Below are positions 11,128-24,040 of a stretch of 64,000 nucleotides of DNA, one piece after another (within the stretch, counting starts at the first letter, position 1; each line of letters opens with the position of its first letter). Position numbers and translations under genes: made by a program. Origin of the DNA: Isurus oxyrinchus (taxonomy: Eukaryota); assembly GCA_026770705.1 (NCBI GenBank), contig JANJGN010000002.1, forward strand, positions 128,650,001-128,714,000. Reading direction: 5' to 3'. Under the pieces are notes generated by a model. It did not search any database, was not told the origin of the DNA, and saw nothing but the letters and a program-made list of their open reading frames with translations.

Positions 11128-13186
11128 TATCAATGTCTACAATGCTATTTCACAAGTTTGGATTGCATATCATTTTGTTTTTTTGATATGCAGGAAGGAT
11201 ATAAACGATGTTATTGAATACTGAGTTTTAATTTTTTTTTCAAATTGCTATTTATGGTAAACCTTTGTGTGAATGCATGTAGTTTACATGTAACCTGATA
11301 AAAAACACACACACACACAATGCACTTGGAGATGGGTTGACTTGATTGCCCTGTTGACATTTTGATTTTGTGGCGATCAGACCTTTATTTCTATCCTTAC
11401 CTTTGATACCTGGACCCTTCAATGAGGTTGAAAGTTTATCTACTAAAATAGAGCCATAGAATCATAGAGTTTGCAGCACAGAAACAGGCCCTTAGGCCCA
11501 TCGTAAATACATGTAGGGTGCAGTAGCATATGGGTTACGTTAATGGCATGGAATTCTAGAGGCCTGGACTAATGATCCAGGACATGGGTCCAAATCCCGC
11601 CAAGGCAGCTGGAGGAATTTAAATTCAGTTAATTAGATAAAACTGCAGTAAGAAGCTACAATCAGTAGTGGTGACCATGAAGCTATTAGATTGTCTGGTT
11701 CACTAATGCCCTTTTGTGAAATAAGAAATTGGTTGTCCTTGCCCGATCTGGCCAATATGCGACTCCAGACCCAGAGTGATGTGATTGACTCTGAACTACA
11801 GCCGAAATGGCCTAGCAAGCTGGTCACCGTTGTTTTTAAGAAGGAGGCTTACCACCTCGTTTTCAAGGGCAGTCACGGATGGTTAATAAAATGCTGGCTT
11901 TGTTAGCCACACCCACAATCCATGAATGAATTAAAAAATATATAGACTGGCAATTTCATATGGAACGAAGTGGTGATATTCGGGTTCCTTATGAAGAGAA
12001 GCTGAAATACGTTTTGTAAATCAGTGCATAGAATTTGGGTCAAAATCCTGGAACTCCCTCCCTAACAGCACTGTAGGTGTACATACACCGCATGGACTGC
12101 AGCGGTTCAAGAAGGCAGCTCGCCACCACCTTTTCATAGGCAACTAGGGATAGGTAATAAATGCTGGCCCAGCCAGTGAAGCCCACATCCCATGAATGAA
12201 TAAAGAAAATTGTAGATCAATGTACAAGGCTTATTTAAATTTAATTTTTTTAAAAGTCGAATATGTTAATCAGTTTGAGAAACAATAACTGTTCAAGATG
12301 AGAAATGGCTAATTTGACATCTCCATTGCTCTTTCAATCCATGTATAGAACTGACAGGCATCATTTTATCACCTATCTACCTTAATGTGCTCATATCCCT
12401 CTGCCGTTGATTTGGGAAACAGACAGTAGCCTTCATGAATATATTGAATGGGACAACAACGACGGCTTTTTCTGGCAGGTTATTTTATAATTGCAAGTGA
12501 AATTGATGCATTTTTATTTATTTTATGCTCTTTGAAAATGTTTACCTAACTTATACCTCAAAATGTAGAATGAAAAAGCACTCTGACCTTTACAGTACTG
12601 AATGAACTTTAAATTTGTTCTGTAATTGTAGCAGTGTTGTAATCCCATTAAATCAAGTATTGAATTACAGCATTGTACCAGATCAAACAGGTTCCATTAA
12701 TTATGCATGTTATTGTGTATCAAAACATCAGTTCAGTTATAGTTCTCTCACTTCTCAGTCAGAAGGTTTTAGATTTATACCTCATTAAGTCTTGAATATA
12801 TAAACGCAAATGACATTCCAGTGCAGAATGGAGGTGGTGACTTTCACTTGAGGCAATAAAACTAAGTTCACTGCTCAGTTAAATGTAAAATGTCCCATGC
12901 CATGAGTATAAGAGGAGCAGGGAGATACTTAATGTGCATCCAGTCTGCTCATCATGTCTGACTTGATACATCAAGTATTACCATGTATCTTAGACATTAA
13001 TCTTGCAGAATGGGGATGTAATGGCAAATGATCTTCAATATAGGTAAGTATAAGGTAGTACATTTTGCAGGAAGAATAAGGAGAGATTCCTTGGAAAATA
13101 AGCATCGAAATGGGGTAGAGGGATGTGGAGGTACAGATACACAACATAGACACAGGTTAAAAAGATCATTAACAAAAATGGCAAAC

Positions 13187-13770
13187 ATAAGACCATAAGA
13201 TATAGGAGCAGAAGTAGGCCATTCGGCTCATCAAGTCTCCTCCACCATTCAATGAGATCATGGCTGATCTAATAATCCTCAACTCCACTTTCCTCCCTTC
13301 TCCCTATAGCCCTTGATTTCTTTACTGATTAAAAATCTGTCTGTCTCAGCCTTGAATATGCTTAATGACCCAGCCTCTACAGCCTTCTATGGTAAATAAT
13401 TCCACAGATTGACTACCCTCAGAGAAGAAATCCCTCTTCATCTCTGTTTTAAATGGCATCCCCTTACTCTGAGATTATGCCCTCTGGTCCTAGACTCTTC
13501 CACAAGGAGAAACAACCTCTCAGCATCTACCCTGTCAAGCCCCCTAAGAATCTTATATGTTCCAACAAGGTCGCCTCTCATTCTTCTAAACTCCAATGAG
13601 TACAGGCCCAACCTACTCAACCTCTCCTCATAAGAAAATCCCTCCATCCCCAGGATCAACCGAGTGAACTTTCTCTGGCCTCCAATGCCAGTATATCTTT
13701 CCTTAGATAAGGGGACCAAAACTGTTCACAGCATTCTAGGTGTGGTCTAACTAGTGCCTTGTGTAGTTTC
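13187..13770 (-). mobile_element. CR1 LINE 3' portion
   Basis: [47 protein letters not shown]......SRTRGH plus the cataagaccataaga tail repeat. Confidence 0.9.
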
Positions 13771-14559
13771 ACAAGCTTCACAAGCCCACCTGCTTCCCTT
13801 AACTGGACAGAAAACCTGTCTCTATGTCAAATAAGGAGGTGCCCCAGTCAAAATTCCAAGGAGTGTGGAACCCACGACCTCTACCACTTAGAAGGATAAG
13901 AACAGCACATGCTTGGAAACGCCGCCACCTGCAAGTCTCACACCATCCTGATGTGGAACTATATTGCCATTTCTTCACTGTCCCTGGGTCAAAAATCCTG
14001 GAACTCTCTCCCTAACAGCACTCTATGTGTACTGCTGTGTGTGCAGTGGTTCAAGAAGGCAGCTCACCATCACCATCTCAAGTGGAATTAGAAATGGACA
14101 ATAAGTGCGGGCCTAGCCAATGGTGCCCATATCTCATGAGCAAATAATTTTTTTTTAAAATGTGTCATGCATTAACTGTGGCCAATCTCTACCCTCTTCT
14201 GAGACTTTTGAACAAGTTTCCTGCCTATCATCTTCCAAATTCTCCATTTAAAATATGGTTATTCAGGTGATGGACTAATCACTGTAATTAAAAATGTGTT
14301 TTATTAATGTTTATTATTTAATGTTTTAATGTTTAATTATTTATTAACCCATTTTCAGCTGTTTTAATCAAATTTCACCAAGTTCCTGCTCTTGAATGTA
14401 TCAAAGAATGTATTTTAAAGCAAACTTATTTTAAAAAGTACACTTTAAAATGCAGCCAATTGTGCTGGTTCATGAAAGATTTTACATTTGATGATATGCA
14501 AGGAAAATTGAGAAAAGAAACATTTCATAAATCTAACACAATTACGTGCACACTTTATA

Positions 14560-15310
14560 CCTGGATCACCGATTGTGCCTGTAGTGGAAACTCTAGCCCC
14601 TTTGAAGACACCTGATCCTACTTTCTACCGTTTCTCTAGAATGCACAGCTTAATCAGTGCTGTCAGATTGCATGTTTGGTGGTTAGTCATGATGTGTCAC
14701 AACTTCCTCTATACGAACATCAAGAAAATGGAAACAATTTCTTTCAGCTATCACTTTGCCCCTTTGCCTCCTTGGCTGCTCACTAAGGTTGAACCAGGTC
14801 TTGAGAAACATTGGCATCCTGGTAGATCCTGAGCTGAGCTTCACACTTATCCTATCACCTCTGTCCACCGGTCCAACAGTGCCCAATCTACTCTTACTTT
14901 CATTCCACACCCACCTATATGCATGCTTTTGTCACTTTGACTTGATATTCCAATTCTCTCTCTCCTTCACTAACTTCAACTTGTTTACGATGTTGCTGAC
15001 CTTATTCTGTCTCTCACTAAGCCCTGCTTGCCATGATCCCTATTCTACCTGATCTACATTGGCTCCTGTCCTATGGTATATTATTATGATCAAAGCTGCT
15101 CATCAATTTCTTCAAATCCCCCCTCCCATTGCTTTCACCTCCCATAGCTTTGCAACATTCTTCAGTCTTGTTTCACCTTCCTCACTTTCCACCTCCCCAC
15201 ACCACTAGGACCCTTTGATCTTCTAACTGTAGCCTTATGTACGCCTTTCTTACCTTCAACAACATCATTGATGGCAGAGCTTACAACCACCATAGCGTCA
15301 TTCTCTGGAA
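14560..15310 (+). mobile_element. Degraded L2-like LINE fragment
   Basis: RNIGILVDPELSF motif and tacattggctcctgtc (LHWLPV-like) segment. Confidence 0.5.
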
Positions 15311-16168
15311 CTCTTTTTCTTCACTTTTTTTCTCCTTTTTGTGCCTCTCCCTTTCTCTTTTGCTTTTTATCTCTTCTATCTGTCATGCCCAGTAAAAGGC
15401 ATGTCATATTCTTAAATCAGTGTGGAATCTTCTGGTACTGACTTTTCTTTTAAAAAGGGACATTAAAGTGCTGCAAAAGATGGTTGCCAAGAGTCACCTG
15501 ACTTGATCTGTGAATTCAAACTGCCACACTGTCTTGAGAGGACAAAATGACACATTCCAAGCTAAGAAGGTGCCATTAAACATCTCCTGAGACCATCCAC
15601 AAGAGAATTTCTGACTTGCAAGGGTCTTTTCAGCAACAAAGATGGAAATCGTCTCAAACCCTCCAGGGTGAATGTCTGCACACACAGACTCAGGTTGTGC
15701 TATTCAGCTGAGCCCAACACCATATTCAGAAAGGGGAACTGTGGGGAAAAAAAAACACATAGTAAGGCAGCCATATTGGCCTTCATAATGAATTTTTAAG
15801 GGCTGTCTGCAAGAGGCACAACAGTGGCAGCAGAAAGGGCAATAGCATTTACTCCTTTAAGAACTGGAGACTACAACATTGAAAGGTCTCCAGGCCTGTT
15901 CCTTTTCAAGTCCACCAGCACAGAAAGCCAACCTACTGGAACAAAATTTGTGACCTTTAGAAAGTACATCTTTTCAAGAGAATCCTACAGTGACTCTGGT
16001 ATACAACTTTGGCTATTGAACTCACCTAACTACACTTCAGGAGTGAAAAACCTCTTCATGAGACCTGCACCATGTTTTTTTTCTAAGATAAGCCAATCAC
16101 ATGAACAAAAGAATAGTTCGTAATTCATAACTTGTAAAAGTGCACTTTTTTTAACTGTATTTTGCTTG

Positions 16169-16197
16169 AGTGTGTGTGTGTGTGTGTGTGAGAGAGA
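16169..16197. repeat. (GT)n(GA)n microsatellite
   Basis: Directly visible gtgtgt...gagaga run. Confidence 0.9.
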
Positions 16198-16723
16198 AAG
16201 TGGCTGAGTGAGTGACGTAGCTTTAGATTTTCAGGATAAACACGTGAGTAAGTAATCCTGTTCATATAAACCCACAAAAAGCTTTGTTTAAATTGTCCAC
16301 ACACTTGGGAATTAAGAAATGCACACACTGACTATGGACAGTAAGAGAAGGGAACAGGGGTTTCTGTTCTCTCTCATCCTATCCTTAGCATACCGCTTTC
16401 TCTTACCCTTTTCTCACTTCTTTCCTGCCCATTGCCTCCCTCCCCTTTCCTTTATTTCACCCTCTTTCTCTTCACTCTCCTTTCCTCTCTCCAGTCTTTC
16501 CCCTCTGTTCTACTTTCTATTTATCTCTCCTTAAAAGCTTTCTCAAGCCCACCTGTTTGTCTAGACCTTCAACCACTTCTTTAATGGATCCCTCCTTGCC
16601 ATCTGTTTCCTTTTCTATTTGCATTTATTAGGTGCAATTGGGAATTTTAAAACATTAAAGACATTATATAAATGTAAATTATTCACGTGGCCTTCATTCC
16701 CCTCTGAACCAACACCACCACAT

Positions 16724-17414
16724 GGGATGGAATTTAACGTCCTCTTACAAAGGCCATTTTGGAGGCAGGGGGCATTTAATTGGGTGGGTGGGGATCCGAC
16801 TGCTTTCTCAATCTGCCTCAATTATGCCTGGGATGGGAAGGCTTATGAACACCCTGCCCCTCCATGGCAATTAATGCCCACTTAAGGGTCTCATCCCCAA
16901 TGATAGCTGGGACAGTCACCAAGCAGGAAGCCCGAAAAGCAAATCTTGACCTGTTTGCTTGCAGGCTACCCGGGGGGAGTGGGGGGGTGTCCCTTGTTCA
17001 CAGGTGTTCAGTGTTTGATTGAGGGGCTCAGCATCAGGAAGTGTGGTGGGGGGAAGGGAGGGGGACCTGCTGAGAGCCACCCCACTATCCTTGCTGCTGA
17101 ACCCCTCCCATCCCTGTCTCTTGCAACTCCCTCTTAACCTCACTTGCCTGTGGCCTGGAGCTTTTTTCCTGGGTACATTGCTGGCAGCTGCCATCACCCT
17201 CACTAATGCTGTCTGCAGTGAACACCTGCTGGCCTCTGATTGACCAGCAGCACTTGCGGGTTGGGATTTCCGCCCCCGGGATCATGTTCCTAGGGAAGGC
17301 CTGCTGCTGGTCACTTAAGTGACTAAGAGGCCTACCCCAAAGGAGGCAACGCAAGGGTCTTGCCTGCTCTCTAGTGGTAGGTGAGACCACAGTTGCCTGC
17401 ATTAAATACTGCCC
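16724..17414. mobile_element. GC-rich non-autonomous TIR element (MITE-like, possibly PIF/Harbinger)
   Basis: Ends GGGATGGAATTTAA...TTAAATACTGCCC; internal ggcaattaatgcccacttaaggg shared with 36394-38672. Superfamily is inferred only from the GGG-starting TIRs. Confidence 0.55.
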
Positions 17415-20400
17415 TTATTTGTGAATAATTTATTCTGCTGTTTGTGAAGGCTTGTTCTGCACAATTTGAGTGTCACACTTAGCATAACAATGGTGGCTGC
17501 ACTTCAGAATGAATCTGTTGATTATAAAGCAATTTGGGGTGTCCTGAAACTGAGCAATGCTATATAAATGTGAGAATTTTTCTCAAATCGGGAAGGTGAC
17601 TAATTTAAAATATAGAAATAAGTAAAATTTATCTCATAAAACTTTTCTCCTAATGGAGATTTTCATCTTGACAGATTATGCTAGGAGCCTTTTCAGAGAT
17701 AATGATGATTCTGTCATCAGTTGCACTGCTAATGCAAGTAATGACTGGGTGAGTAGGGTTTTGTAGAATCTGACAAGTGGGCCTAAGATCATTGGGTAGA
17801 ACTAATCTTCATCCGACGAGTGGGGACAGGAATTCTGGAGAGCAGCGTTTAAGTATGCTTCTCCTTGGTTTCTCCATGCAGTTTTGCCTCCACTTAGCCC
17901 AGAGGAGTTGCACATTTTATCCACTGTCATCATTATAAGGCCCCAGAAGTCGTTCAAACCCACTTAAATTACCTTGACATGCTGTTCCCTAGATTGTTTT
18001 GTCAGAAGTATGTTGTGTCTTTTTAAAAATTTATTCCTTCATGTGGGCATCACCAGCAAGGCTAGCGTTTGTTGCCCCATCCCTAATTGCCCTTGAACTG
18101 ACTGGCTTGCTAGGCCATTTCAGAGGGCATTTAAGAGCCAACCACATTGCTGTGGGTCTGGAGTCACATGTAGGCCAGACCAGGTAAGGAAGGCAGATTT
18201 CCTTCCCTAAAGGACATTTGTGAACCAGATGGGTTTCTTTGGTTATAGTTCATGGTCACCGTTCAATTCCAGATTTTTCATTAATTGAATTCAAATTCCA
18301 CCAGCTGCTATGGTGGGATTTGAATCTTTGTTCCCAGAACATTAGCCTGGGCCTCTGACAAGTGACATTACCACTACGCCACTGTCTCCTCCTAAAGGTA
18401 AAAATTGTACTGGAGAGAAGTAGCAGTCAGCCATTTTGAGAGTGCACTTTTGAAGATAAGTGTCATTATTATATTTGTAAATTGGTTTTCCTGCAGTAAT
18501 TAGTATATAGTATGATTTTGTTCTTTAATGCCCAGGCTTCTGGTGGGTTTGCCCTTTTACAGTATATTTATTTATTTTTGCTCCGTATTTTACACGTGAC
18601 TTAATTGCCGACAGTCACCACCAAATTTAGAAGATGGGCTTCCCAAAGGTCATGGGAAGAAATAATAAATACCCATTTAAAAATAAAGCAGGAGTTATAA
18701 GAGGCAAGAACGTTGGCCCAGATTGTCTTGCCACATTAATATGATGCACCGCAGTCCCTTCAGTACTGTAGCACGTCCAGATAATATGCCATGATATCCA
18801 ATTGGTAATTAATTAAATAACAAATGAACATTATTTTGGATCCAAGCAGCAGCTATATATTGTATCTCAAGGACACACCGTAGGTCCAGATGAAAATGCC
18901 ATCCAGCCCATTGGATTTCATCTTTCCAAAATACCAAGACCTACCATTTTCCCACTATAGTATACCTCAGGAAAGTCTTGGACGAGGAGTTCAGCCACAG
19001 ATGAACTGAGGCGGGGCAGAATTGGTGATCTTATGGAGGTGGAAATATGCAGTTTTAGAAACGTAGTCAGAAGTGCATCTTGTCAAATATGACACCAAGG
19101 TTGCAAAACATTTTGCTTCAGCTTTAGACAATTGCCAGGGCAAAGGTTGGGGTTGTTGGGATTCAAGTTTGCAGTGATAATGGCTCCTGTGTTCCTAATA
19201 TTTAACTAGGGGAAATATCTGCTCATCCAATACTGACAGTTTAGAAATGATGGAAGGATTGAGAGATGTGCTTATAGCACGTCATGCTGACGAGAACATG
19301 TTTGCGCCTTGTTGCCTCTTGGTGGTTAAATCTTTGAGGACTGTGCGTAACCATTACACCTACTGCCATAACTAGTAAAGCCCTTTTATGGGGAAAAAGC
19401 AGGGGAGTGGGAGAAATTGTCTAACGCTTTTTCAAACTATCAAAACGTACAGGCATGATAAGCCAAATGGACTCCCCCCACCCCCCATGCTGTAAGATTC
19501 ATTGATTCTACTCCTATTTGATTGCTTGAAAATTACATAGAATTTATGGTACAGAAACAAATCAGTCCACACAAGAAATGCTAATTGAAGGGCAAAATGG
19601 AAAATTATGTTATAAAATGCATCTTTAATTCCATGAGTCACTTTAACATAGCCTTTCCAGATTTTCTTTTTTGGTAAGCATGACGATGAAGTATGATTGT
19701 AGTTTAGTGAAAAGAAATGCTTATTGATTTTGCATCTAACAGAAATTAATAAAACTTGATAGCGCTGAAATTCAGGTAAAGTGATTAAAAGTAAAAGTAG
19801 TATCTTAGATAATTTACAATCTAAATGAAGAAAGTATTGAAAATGACAGTTGGAAACAGTTGTGTGTTAATTTAGAATTACGACAGCATAACTTTGTGCA
19901 TTGGGTGGTTGAACTTGCGCAATGCAATAGATGAGAGGCATTAAAAGAGTAGGGTTATTAATTATACACTCTGCTATTTATCATAGTTAATTTGGTTTGT
20001 CTGGGTCTTATTCTGCTGCTGAGAGGAAGCAAGTCTTTCTGCAACCAGAAAATATTTTCCCATTGCAGCTTATCATCAAAGAACAGGCTGTGCAAGGGGC
20101 CTCATGAAAAATGGCCACTGTCACTGAATAGAACAAACCCCCAGAACAGTTCCCAAAGGCAATAAAATTGAAATGGAAGGCAGGCACTTGAAAACACGAC
20201 TTTAATTTGTATATATGGGATTGCTTTGTGAAACACTGATATTTAAAACTAGATCATCTTTGATGATTAGAACATCCCCTTTTCCCTTGCATCTTGTATC
20301 ATTTCAATGTGCTTTATGCCGATAAATGTGCTTGGGACTAATAAATGTATTTTTATAATAAACAGTGATTATGGATATTAACATTGGTAACTTTGTTGAG

Positions 20401-20629
20401 GTTAAAAGTTTACTCATACAAAGTTGGAGCTGTAATCATATTATCCGTACTCAAGTAGTTGGTTGTAAAGAGTTCAATACGTGAAAATCCATGACCTGGT
20501 AAAATATTGGGTTCACTAAAGCTGATGAGGTAACTGTTCCTGTTGCATGAATAATTTTGAAATAAAGCTACAGCTGATTGGTCTGTCAGTGTTTGCAAGC
20601 AAAATTATTGGATGCTTTTTCAATGCGTG

Positions 20630-21399
20630 GGGCAGGATTTTATTATCGGCGAGTGGGGGCGGGGCCCGCTCGCCTGCGCGTAAAATGATGCGGGATAACG
20701 TCGGGCGAAACTCCTGACGTCACCCCACCCCATTTAAATTTTCAGGAAGGCGCGGGCGCTGCAAAATCAGCTGCGTGCCCGCCAACCTGTCAGTGGCCAC
20801 TTAACGTGCAGTTTCTTAGTTATGTGAAATGCAACTTTTTAAACTGCTTATAAGTGAATGAATGAATGTGAATCAGGGTAGTCAGTGGCCAATTGAGGCC
20901 ATTGACAGATCAATTAAAGTAATTAGTGGACCTGCCCGTCCAACCTTAACGTTGGTGGACAGGCCAGGAGCCCCGGTGGGAAGTAGAAAAAACATGAAAC
21001 CTCATCCACAGGCGAGATAAGGTTTCGTGTAGGGTTTTAAAAATTTTAATAAAGTTTTGTTGGAAATTATGAGCATGCCGCAACTCGTGACATTGTCACA
21101 TGAGACATGTAAGGGAAATTTTATTTTTCTATTTTTGATATTTTTGCACGTGGAGCTGATCTCCCTGAGGCTGCACTTAGCCTCAAGGAGATTAGTTTGC
21201 TCTTCCGTGTGCATGTGTGAAAGAGCGCACTCTCGATTTTAGGAATTCCCCCCGCCTGCACAGGGAGCACCCACGTAAAATGGCGCCGCACCTCCAATCG
21301 TGGGCGCCGATCGGAAGTGTGCCTGCACGCACACACCCACCCATCAACTCTTCTCTCCCCCCCACCCACCCCCCAGAAAACGGGGGGGAAATTCAGCCC
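20630..21399. mobile_element. CpG-rich non-autonomous TIR element (MITE-like)
   Basis: Termini GGGCAGGATTT...AAATTCAGCCC; internal hairpin gaaacctcatc...gataaggtttc; related copy at about 30836-31452. Confidence 0.65.
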
Positions 21400-23586
21400 A
21401 TGGAGTGAGGTTACATTTCTTGATTGAAGCTAAAGAGAAACCCCTTATGCATAAAATATGAAATAACTTCCACAGTGAAGACAACATTTTACCTTCAAAA
21501 TGTGATGCATTTAGAAAGTGTAATTTCGTCTTAAAGCTAGTTGTCGAATTGAAAAATGACATTCCTGATATTTTTGGTTGTTCATCTCTCAGCATAATCA
21601 CCAAATAATTTTTTAAAAAAACAAGTTAGCATTTAACCTTTAATGTGTAGTCAGCACCAGAGAATTCTGCACTTCTGGGGGCAGCCATTTTGTTTTCAGC
21701 TTCCCCACCATAAGGCTGAAAATAAATTTTTAAAATTTAATACTGCTGAGATGTCAGGCATACATCAGCTTTATAGCTTTAATTCTACTGTAATGCCAGG
21801 AGAGTATACTTTCATCTGTTAAAAGAACTTAAAATCTTGTTTTAATTTTCCTGTTCTCCTCTTCTCTATCTATTCCACATTACCAATTGCTTTTTTTTTC
21901 ATATTTATTTGATAGCTGTTACCATAATGTGGGGGGGCGGTGGGAGGAACAGATCTTTTCCTATTATTTCCATCGACTACCCTGATTCACATTCATTCAT
22001 TCACTTATAAGCAGTTTAAAAAGTTGCATTTCACAAAGCTAAGAAACTGCACGTTAAGTTTGTTTTTTCCACCGATTGCCTGTGAGAAGCTTTGGCACCC
22101 TGTTTATGCAGGTATCAGATGTCTAGATTGTTGGACTGTGACCTAAGAGAGCGACTGTACTGAAACAAATTGCTTTGTCAGCAGCAATGTGGGTTTTTAA
22201 AAAAAAATGAGGCAGGAAATTCAAGTCAGCAAGAAAAAAAGATAAAAGGGATTGCTAGATGTACAATACTGCTCTGAGGATACCAGCTGGTTAATAGGAA
22301 CAGAGAATAGGTGTTGGCCATTCTATGTCTCTGGCCCGTCCCACCATACAGTATCATAACACCATCCACCTGTTTTTGTTCCAGATCCTTTTGTATGCTT
22401 CCCTAGCAAAAAATTATTGATTTTGAGTTTTAAATTATTAATTGAGCTAACACGCACAATTTTTATGGGAAAGAGTTCCACGCTTCTACTACCTTTTGCA
22501 TGAAGAATTCTTTCCTAGTTTCTCTCCTGGATGGACTGGCTCTGCTTTTAATGTTGTTTCCCCTTGTCCTAGGCTTCCCCGCCAGTGGAACAAGTATTTT
22601 GCTGTCATTTTTAGGAGGGAATATTTTGTACTTTGGACATCAAGGGGGATGGAACATTTTCCAAATTTTGTACCTGTGTCCATGCCTACATCAGTAATAC
22701 AACATTGGGTAGGATACACACTGTGGCTATCCCAGCGCTATACCAACAGATTATCTTGACTGCAACTGCATAGACTGACTAAGCTCATTTCTCTTAAGAA
22801 CATAACAGCCTTCAGAGAGAAAAGGTTTTCTTGCCATCAATCTGGATTTGAGCTTAAGCCTATATTTCAGAGGCTAGAGGACAATATTATAACTCACTGC
22901 ACTACAACTTGACATTCAGTTTGTAAAATAGCAATAGAGAGCACAAGAAGCTGAGACTGGTTTGTCGGATAATATTGAATTCTTCAATTAAATTGAATCT
23001 GAAATCCAGTAAAGTACATTAAGGACAATATAAACCTGTGAAAATTAATTAAATTGTTATTGATTAAGGGGCCACAGTTCATTAAGTAAAATTAAGTAGA
23101 CTTTTTCCCTGTGGCCTTTGCACCTCAGATTAGTTTCATAAAATGAAAAAGAATTTAATAATCGATATTACTACTGTTTGTATAGTCCCAGATCAGTAAC
23201 ATGCATAATAGCATTATGTTTTGTGACAAGTGTTTTTCCAACTCCCTTCATATCTGCCCAGTAACTGTCAACTACAACTGTGAAAGGTTTTGCATGTTTT
23301 CTAGTGGTTTCCAACCTTTCCCAGTTTAATACTTAACCTGTGCAGTGCACTGAAGAAGAGCTGCACTGTCTGAGGGGTTGCTCTTAGATAAGATGTTAAG
23401 CCAAGATTCCCGCTGACCTCTCCAGTGGATATGAAAGAGCCTCAAAGAGGAGCAAAGGAATTCTTCCAGTTGGGGCCAAAGCCTTTATCTCAATCAGCGT
23501 CATAAAAGCAGGTTAACTGATCATGATCTCAGTGGTGTTTGTAAGATCTGTGACAAACTAACAAATTAGGAAGAAAAATAATGAAA

Positions 23587-24040
23587 TATCATAAATCACG
23601 GTGTATAAGCCGACCCAGCATTTAAGACAATCCCATTTTTCCAGCCCCAAATATATTTTTGCATATACTCTGTAGTTAAGTCAGCCCCCCACGCTTTTCA
23701 GCCAGGACTAGCTATTCTTGTGTTAGTAGTCAGCCTCAATTTTTCTCCCCACAAATGCACATCTTACCAGTATCTTATAACAGAGCATAAGGGATGACGC
23801 AGGCAAAACAGAGGGGTTGGGGGGTTTTGGGGGGCGGGGGGGGGGGGTTTGCAAAGGTGTTCAGGAGTTGAAGAAGCATCCACTCTTTGCGTCGGAAGCA
23901 AATGACATTTCAAAATGGCCACCACCCATGTCCACGCTGGCATTTCACGTTTATACCAGGTGTATAAGTCGACCCCTGTTTTTGGAGGGATTCTTTGAGA
24001 CTTCAAAGAAGTTTGACTTATATGCTGACATTCCCGGTAT
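23587..24040. mobile_element. Degenerate Tc1/mariner-pogo type MITE
   Basis: Repeated gtataag(c/t)cgaccc motifs and inverted end gacttatatgctgacattcccggta with TA flanks. Confidence 0.45.

Noticed and set aside
15381-16350. Possible solo LTR interrupting the L2 fragment
   Set aside because: Starts with TGTCATG and looks LTR-like, but I could not define a 3' end, TSD or second copy.
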